Shown here: positions 27,283-32,484 of the stretch, in pieces
How the letters are laid out: every line of letters starts with the position of its first letter
How positions within the stretch are numbered: position 1 is the first letter of the stretch
NCBI GenBank assembly: GCA_041497195.1
Contig: JBGQGB010000006.1
Span: 1-32,484 of the forward strand
Direction: 5' to 3'
From: Candidatus Doudnabacteria bacterium
Lineage (GTDB): Bacteria; Patescibacteriota; Doudnabacteria; UBA920; 2-01-FULL-46-14
Length of the DNA stretch: 32,484 nucleotides
Made by a program: the position numbers and the translations under genes
Notes under the pieces: generated by a model
Told to the model about the DNA's origin: nothing
Databases searched by the model: none
Seen by the model: only the letters and a program-made list of their open reading frames with translations

Positions 27283-28492
27283 AACCAAAAAGGACCGCAA
27301 AAAAACCAGCCTCAAAAAATTCGCCAAGAAAAAGCAGAAATCCGTGAGTAGGTCGCGGCAGACGGCGAGAAAAGGGCGCCCGGAAAGTGCTCCGGTTTTT
27401 GATTGGGATAAAGCAGTCCGCGACCTGGCGGAGAAAGCCAAGACCCGGGGGTTTGTGACCGAAGCGGAAATCATCAACGTCATGCCCGATCTGGAAGACA
27501 ATCTCGCGGCCGTCGAGCAGCTCTTCGACAAGCTCGAGGGTTTGGGCGTCGAGGTAGTGGATCAGGAAGTCGCCTCCATCTGGGAGCAGGCCAAGGCCGA
27601 GCCGGAAGGGCCGCGCAGCAAATCCGTTGCCGCCACACCCGAGAGTTACGACCTGGGCGATATTTACGATGATTCGATCCAGATGTATTTGCGCGAGATC
27701 GGCAAAGTCCCGTTGCTGAAGGGACCGGAAGAAGTGGATCTGGCGAAAAAAATTACCAAAGGGGATGTGGCCGCGCGGAGAAAGTTGACGGAAGCCAACT
27801 TGCGGCTGGTGGTGTCCATTGCCAAAAAGTACATGGGCCGCAATTTGGGCCTGTTGGATCTCATTCAAGAAGGCAACTTGGGACTGTTTCGGGCAGTGGA
27901 GAAATTTGACTGGACCAAGGGCTACAAATTTTCGACTTATGCGACTTGGTGGATCAGGCAAGCGATTACGCGCGCCCTCGCTGACCAGTCTCGGACTATC
28001 AGAATCCCAGTGCACATGGTGGAAACCCTCAATAAATACGCCCAGGCGGAACGGTCGCTGGTGCAGGAACTGGGCCGCGAGCCCACGGCCGAAGAAATTG
28101 CGGCCGAGATGGGCGTGGAGGTGAGCAAAGTTTTGCAGCTGCAAAAAATTTCCCAAGAGACCGTGTCGATTGATACTGCTGTCGGCGATGAGGGAGACGA
28201 GGAAGACTCCAGGCTTGGCGATTTCATCGTGGACGAGCAGACGACCATGCCGGCGGACTCCGCCGGCCGGCAGTTGTTGCACGAATACGTGGGCGAGGTC
28301 CTCAAAGACCTTGATCCCAGAGAACAAAAAATCCTGAAGATGCGGTTTGGGCTGGAGGACGGGGTTACTCATACTCTGGAGGAGGTGGGCAAAGAGTTTG
28401 GCGTCACCCGCGAGCGCATCCGGCAGATCGAGGCCAAAGCCCTGGAGCGGATCAAAGAGCACAAAGATATTCAGAAACTTAGAGACTATTAG
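27272..28492 (+). CDS. rpoD: RNA polymerase primary sigma factor
   Basis: [65 protein letters not shown] and TLEEVG...[14 protein letters not shown]; dnaG-rpoD synteny. Confidence 0.98.
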   Translation: MSAKTKKDRKKTSLKKFAKKKQKSVSRSRQTARKGRPESAPVFDWDKAVRDLAEKAKTRGFVTEAEIINVMPDLEDNLAAVEQLFDKLEGLGVEVVDQEVASIWEQAKAEPEGPRSKSVAATPESYDLGDIYDDSIQMYLREIGKVPLLKGPEEVDLAKKITKGDVAARRKLTEANLRLVVSIAKKYMGRNLGLLDLIQEGNLGLFRAVEKFDWTKGYKFSTYATWWIRQAITRALADQSRTIRIPVHMVETLNKYAQAERSLVQELGREPTAEEIAAEMGVEVSKVLQLQKISQETVSIDTAVGDEGDEEDSRLGDFIVDEQTTMPADSAGRQLLHEYVGEVLKDLDPREQKILKMRFGLEDGVTHTLEEVGKEFGVTRERIRQIEAKALERIKEHKDIQKLRDY

Positions 28493-28552
28493 GAATTAGC
28501 TTGTAGCTTGTAGGGGATAGTAAAGGGATTATTGAACCGCATCAGTAAAAGG

Positions 28553-28582
28553 AAAATCCTGGCAAAATTTGCCGGGGTTTTT
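28553..28582 (+). terminator. Intrinsic terminator after rpoD
   Basis: AAAATCCTGGCAAA-a-TTTGCCGGGGTTTTT. Confidence 0.7.
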
Positions 28583-28587
28583 ATGTA

Positions 28588-28616
28588 TTGACCTTAGGCT
28601 TTTTTTATGATACTAT
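28588..28616 (+). promoter_or_regulatory. sigma70 promoter giving a near-leaderless transcript
   Basis: TTGACC-17 bp-TACTAT with a TG extension, ending 9 nt before TTG 28626. Confidence 0.65.
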
Positions 28617-28625
28617 CGCGAGTTC

Positions 28626-29294
28626 TTGCCAAAGATCTTGGTAGTCGTAAACGAGCGGCAAGATCGCGGTGCGACCAAGGCCTGGCTGGAGGAAGCCAAT
28701 CTCCTCAATAACCTCCAAGTGGAGCTCTTGCCCATGAGTGAGGGGTACACTTGGTCAAATGCCCTGAATCGCGCCCTCGGCCAGATCGACACCATCAATG
28801 CCCAACGGGTTTCCCGAGCAGTCAACCCTCTAGAATATGTATTCGCAGTTTCAGTCGAGGCGAATTTCGTTCATGAGACTGCTCAGGCAATGGTTTCAGC
28901 TTTCGAGGAAAATGTCGGCATTGTGGGGACGAGTTTCCGCGGCCTCTTGCACGGGAACGAAGTTTCGCTCGGGGAATCTTACCGGCATCCGCGGAACACC
29001 GGGATGATGATCCGCACGAGCGTGTTCACCAACCGATTTGTCCGCGATTTCGACAATGTCTGCGACAAGCTTGGAGGCATGGAGGACATCGATCTGCTCA
29101 CGAGAATGCTCGCTTTCACGGACTTCCGCTACAGGATGCTTGATTTGCGAGTCCCTCTTGTGGTCGGAGTCAACCATAACCAAACACAGAAAGAAGAGCG
29201 GGAACAGGCTGCGATGAGAGAGATCGCGCAGCTGCGCTGGGATCAGATTGAGCGTTGGCGTAAAGCCTGGCAGGAGATGGGGCTGACGGTGTAG
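28626..29294 (+). CDS. Divergent glycosyltransferase family 2-like (GT-A) protein
   Basis: WSNALNRAL, EYVFAVSVE (DxD position), VGIVG, GMMIRTSVF and GGMEDIDLLTRM. Confidence 0.55.
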   Translation: MPKILVVVNERQDRGATKAWLEEANLLNNLQVELLPMSEGYTWSNALNRALGQIDTINAQRVSRAVNPLEYVFAVSVEANFVHETAQAMVSAFEENVGIVGTSFRGLLHGNEVSLGESYRHPRNTGMMIRTSVFTNRFVRDFDNVCDKLGGMEDIDLLTRMLAFTDFRYRMLDLRVPLVVGVNHNQTQKEEREQAAMREIAQLRWDQIERWRKAWQEMGLTV

Positions 29295-29318
29295 CCTCAG
29301 CAAACGTTTTTGGACATC

Positions 29319-29353
29319 ATACGGGGTCGCCTTTTGGCTGCCCCGTATTTTTA
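29319..29353 (+). terminator. Intrinsic terminator
   Basis: ATACGGGG-tc-GCC-tttt-GGC-tg-CCCCGTAT-TTTT. Confidence 0.7.
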
Positions 29354-29385
29354 TTGGTTTTTGTGCTATAATTTTCTTAAAGTCT

Positions 29386-31818
29386 ATGGCTCAAACTAAA
29401 ACTTCCTGGGTCGGTCTGACAACGCGGGAAGCGAAACAAAGATTAGTAAAATTTGGTCCCAACGAAATCGTCCAGGGCAAAAGATTTTCCGGCTTGTGGT
29501 CGTTTTTGCTTTTATTCCGCAACCCGCTGGTATTTATTTTGATCTTTGCCGCTGTCGTCTCCGGTTTTTTGGGAGACCGGATCAGCGCGGCCATTATCAT
29601 CACGATCGTCCTTTTGAGCGTCGCTCTGGACTTTTTCAACACCTACAAATCCCACAAGGCAGCTGAGGCGCTCAAAGCGCGGGTCATGATAACGGCGAAA
29701 ACCCTGCGGGACGGGCAGTGGGTGGAGCTGTCGCTTGCGCAACTGGTGCCCGGCGACATCGTCGAACTATTTGCCGGCGATATTGTCCCGGCTGATGGCG
29801 TCATCCTCGAGGCCAAGGATTTTTTCTTGAATGAATCCGCACTCACCGGCGAAGCTTTTCCCGCGGAAAAACTCCCCGGTGAGCCGATCCTTCTGGGGAC
29901 CAATGCCGTCACCGGCAATGGGCTCATGCGCGTGGACCAGACGGGGGCGCAGACGAAATTCAGCAAAATCGCGCGGGATCTGAACATCAAGCAGTCCACT
30001 GAATTTGAGCGGGGGATCAAGGATTTCAGCTATCTGATCATGAAAATTACCTTTGCTCTGGTGATTTTCATTTTTTTGGTGAACGCGCTTTTGAAAAACA
30101 CTATTCTGGAGTCCTTTCTGTTTTCCGCCGCCCTGGCCGTGGGCCTCACGCCCGAGCTGTTGCCCATGATCATTACCTTGAACTTGTCCAAAGGCTCGCT
30201 GGCCATGTCCCGCCACGGCGTCATCGTGAAAAAACTTTCCTCTATCCAGAATTTTGGGGCCATGGACGTGCTCTGTACGGACAAGACCGGCACTCTGACC
30301 GAGGACCAAATCATTTTGGTCAAGTATGTGGACGCCGAAGGGAAGCCCTCCGAAGACATTTTCGCTGCGGCCTATATCTCCAGTTCCTTCCGCACCGGTT
30401 TTGCCAATCCTTTGGATGTGGCGGTGAGGCATTATAAGACTTTGGACGTCAGCGGCTACCGCAAAATCGACGAGATCCCGTTTGATTATTTACGCAAGCG
30501 CGACTCTGTAGTGGTCGAAGCCCAAGGGAAGCGGGAGCTCATTGCTAAAGGCGCGCCTGAGGAGATGCTGAAAGTCAGTGGCAGTTACAAAACCAAGCAC
30601 CAGCCGCTGACAGCCAAGCTGCTGGAGCTTCTCAGTGCAGAGTATCAAAGCTTGAGCAGGGACGGTTTTCGGGTTTTGGGAGTGGCGACCAAGCCAGTTC
30701 CGGCGGATTTGTCAGTTTATACTAAAGTTCTGGAAGAAGACCTGGTTTTTCTCGGTTTCATCGCTTTTTTGGACCCGCCGAAGAAATCAGTCTCGGAGAC
30801 CCTGGGTCGTCTGGAGCATTACGGCATTGAGATAAAAATTCTTACCGGAGACAATCAACTCGTCACGCAAAAAATTGCCAGCGAAATAAAATTGCCGGTC
30901 AAGGGAGTGTTGCTCGGCCCGGAAATCGAGAAAGCGACGGATCACAAGCTCCGAGTATTAGTCGAAGGCATGACCATCTTTGCTCGGGTTTCCCCGGAGC
31001 AGAAACGGCGCGTTATTCAGGCTCTGCAAAAAAACGGGCACGTGGTCGGGTTCCTCGGAGACGGCATCAACGACGCCCCGTCTCTGCAGACGGCTGATGT
31101 GGGCATTTCCGTGAACAATGCCGTGGACGTGGCCAAAGAATCCGCTGATTTGATTTTGCTCCAGAAAAATTTGCGGGAGCTGGTGGACGGAGTGATCCAG
31201 GGGCGCAAAACCTTCAGCAACACCCTGAAGTATCTGATGATGGCCCTCAGCTCCAATTTCGGCAATATGTTTTCCATGGCCGGGGCGTCTTTGTTTTTGC
31301 CGTTTTTACCCATGCTGCCGACCCAGATTCTGTTCAACAATCTTTTGTACGACAGCTCGCAGTTTGCCATCCCCCTCGATAATGTCGATGAGGCCGAACT
31401 GCAAAAACCGAAAAAACTGAATATCCATTTTTTGCGAAAATTCATGCTGATTTTCGGGCCGCTCAGCTCGGTATTCGATTTTTTGACGTTTTTCGTGTTG
31501 CTGTTTGGATTTCATCTAGTCGGCTCGCAATTTCAAACTGGCTGGTTTTTGGAATCACTCTCTACGCAGGCCCTGGTAGTCTTTGTGATTCGCACCAAAT
31601 TGTTTTTCCACAAAAGTACCCCGAGCCGATACGTGGTCTACTCGGTTTTTGCCGCCATCACCATCGGCTGGGTCACGGGTTTGAGCTTTTTGGGCAAAAT
31701 CATGCACTTCACCCCCCTCCCTGCTTCGGTTCTCATGAGCCTCATAATTATTACCGTTTTTTACCTTTTCGGTGTGGAATTTGTCAAAGACAAATTTTAT
31801 CAAAAAGTTTCAGGCTGA
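29386..31818 (+). CDS. mgtA: Magnesium-translocating P-type ATPase
   Basis: TGEA, AVGLTPELLPMI, IQNFGAMDVLCTDKTGTLT, PFDY, KGAPEE, GDGINDAP, SSNFGNMFS, NNLLYD and FQTGWFLES. Confidence 0.95.
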   Translation: MAQTKTSWVGLTTREAKQRLVKFGPNEIVQGKRFSGLWSFLLLFRNPLVFILIFAAVVSGFLGDRISAAIIITIVLLSVALDFFNTYKSHKAAEALKARVMITAKTLRDGQWVELSLAQLVPGDIVELFAGDIVPADGVILEAKDFFLNESALTGEAFPAEKLPGEPILLGTNAVTGNGLMRVDQTGAQTKFSKIARDLNIKQSTEFERGIKDFSYLIMKITFALVIFIFLVNALLKNTILESFLFSAALAVGLTPELLPMIITLNLSKGSLAMSRHGVIVKKLSSIQNFGAMDVLCTDKTGTLTEDQIILVKYVDAEGKPSEDIFAAAYISSSFRTGFANPLDVAVRHYKTLDVSGYRKIDEIPFDYLRKRDSVVVEAQGKRELIAKGAPEEMLKVSGSYKTKHQPLTAKLLELLSAEYQSLSRDGFRVLGVATKPVPADLSVYTKVLEEDLVFLGFIAFLDPPKKSVSETLGRLEHYGIEIKILTGDNQLVTQKIASEIKLPVKGVLLGPEIEKATDHKLRVLVEGMTIFARVSPEQKRRVIQALQKNGHVVGFLGDGINDAPSLQTADVGISVNNAVDVAKESADLILLQKNLRELVDGVIQGRKTFSNTLKYLMMALSSNFGNMFSMAGASLFLPFLPMLPTQILFNNLLYDSSQFAIPLDNVDEAELQKPKKLNIHFLRKFMLIFGPLSSVFDFLTFFVLLFGFHLVGSQFQTGWFLESLSTQALVVFVIRTKLFFHKSTPSRYVVYSVFAAITIGWVTGLSFLGKIMHFTPLPASVLMSLIIITVFYLFGVEFVKDKFYQKVSG

Positions 31819-31844
31819 CCACTAGCTCCCTGTTTCTGCAAACA

Positions 31845-31885
31845 AAAACCCCTGCGTTGGCTCGCATGCCGATGCAGGGGTTGTT
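31845..31885. terminator. Bidirectional terminator between convergent genes
   Basis: AACCCCTGCGTTGGC...GCCGATGCAGGGGTT. Confidence 0.7.
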
Positions 31886-31919
31886 GATTCGAGATTGCTG
31901 GTGGAGGATCTTTTGGAGT

Positions 31920-32483
31920 CTACGGTGTCACTGTCAAGGTGGCTCTTTTTCTGACGCCGAGATAAGTGCCGGAAATACTGACTGAAGTAGTTTGTGAGAC
32001 GGTTTTCGTGGTGATGGTAAAAGTCGCGGTCTTGAATCCAGCTGGCACCGTCACACTTCCTGTAACCGTGGCTACCGAGGTTTGGTTGCTAGAAAGAGTG
32101 ACAATAGCGCCTCCGGCTGGAGCAATCCCGCTGAGCTTCACTGTTCCTTGCGAGGTATTGCCTCCTTTGACAGTGCTCGGGCTCAAGCTGACCGAGGACA
32201 TGGCCGGGGGATTGATGGTCAAGGTTGCGGTCTGTTGCGCGCCGCCTGAGGCGCCCGTAATCGTCACTATCGTGGCACTAGCCACACCGGTCGTGGTGAC
32301 GGTAAACGTAGCACTTGTGACGCCCTGGGCCACAGTGATACTGGCCGGCACGACGGCAGCGGGCGTATTACTACTCGATAGCGTCACCACTGCTCCGCCC
32401 GCAGGCGCAGCCGCAGTCAGGGTCGCCGTCCCTTGGGAAGTATTGCCGCCCACCACGCTGGTGGGGTTGAGGCTGACTGCAGA
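31920..32483 (-). CDS. C-terminal part of a Ser/Thr/Val-rich Ig-like repeat surface protein (truncated by the window edge)
   Basis: Two tandem repeats of about 95 aa, SVSL(N/S)P..V.GGNTSQGT...APAGGA.VTLSS...SATFTVTT; frame open to the window end. Confidence 0.8.
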   Translation of the reverse strand, partial: SAVSLNPTSVVGGNTSQGTATLTAAAPAGGAVVTLSSSNTPAAVVPASITVAQGVTSATFTVTTTGVASATIVTITGASGGAQQTATLTINPPAMSSVSLSPSTVKGGNTSQGTVKLSGIAPAGGAIVTLSSNQTSVATVTGSVTVPAGFKTATFTITTKTVSQTTSVSISGTYLGVRKRATLTVTP

Positions 32484-32484
32484 C

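Noticed and set aside
27275-28462. 395-aa antisense ORF opposite rpoD
   Set aside because: A shadow ORF from codon bias of a conserved gene; no protein motifs.

Overview
Chromosomal window from a probable CPR/Patescibacteria (Parcubacteria-like) bacterium; this assignment is inferred from gene content, SD-less core genes, the unlinked rRNA operon and rRNA insertions. From left to right: the C-terminal part of a large Ser/Thr-rich surface protein; a three-gene minor type IV pilin operon; a LysM protein; ligA; a membrane/spermidine-synthase-like fusion; and a membrane-anchored protein with an embedded pilin-like domain. Next is a stand-alone 23S-5S rRNA operon (no 16S, no spacer tRNA). It has tandem sigma70 promoters, a leader-peptide/terminator/antiterminator arrangement, several rRNA expansion hairpins and an L2593 group I intron encoding an I-CreI-family homing endonuclease. 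Then come a sugar-phosphate/nucleotide-sugar cluster (RHH-nucleotidyltransferase, APH-like kinase, IMPase, TrmB, PfkB, Zn-ribbon protein, YvcK), EndoQ, and tRNA-Ser(GGA) followed by a probable integrative-element remnant with an inverted-repeat-flanked low-GC gene. The window ends with dnaG-rpoD, a GT2-like gene, mgtA and the end of an Ig-repeat protein. The top candidates for novelty are a possible translation-coupled attenuator controlling rRNA transcription and the IR-bounded gene cassette at tRNA-Ser.
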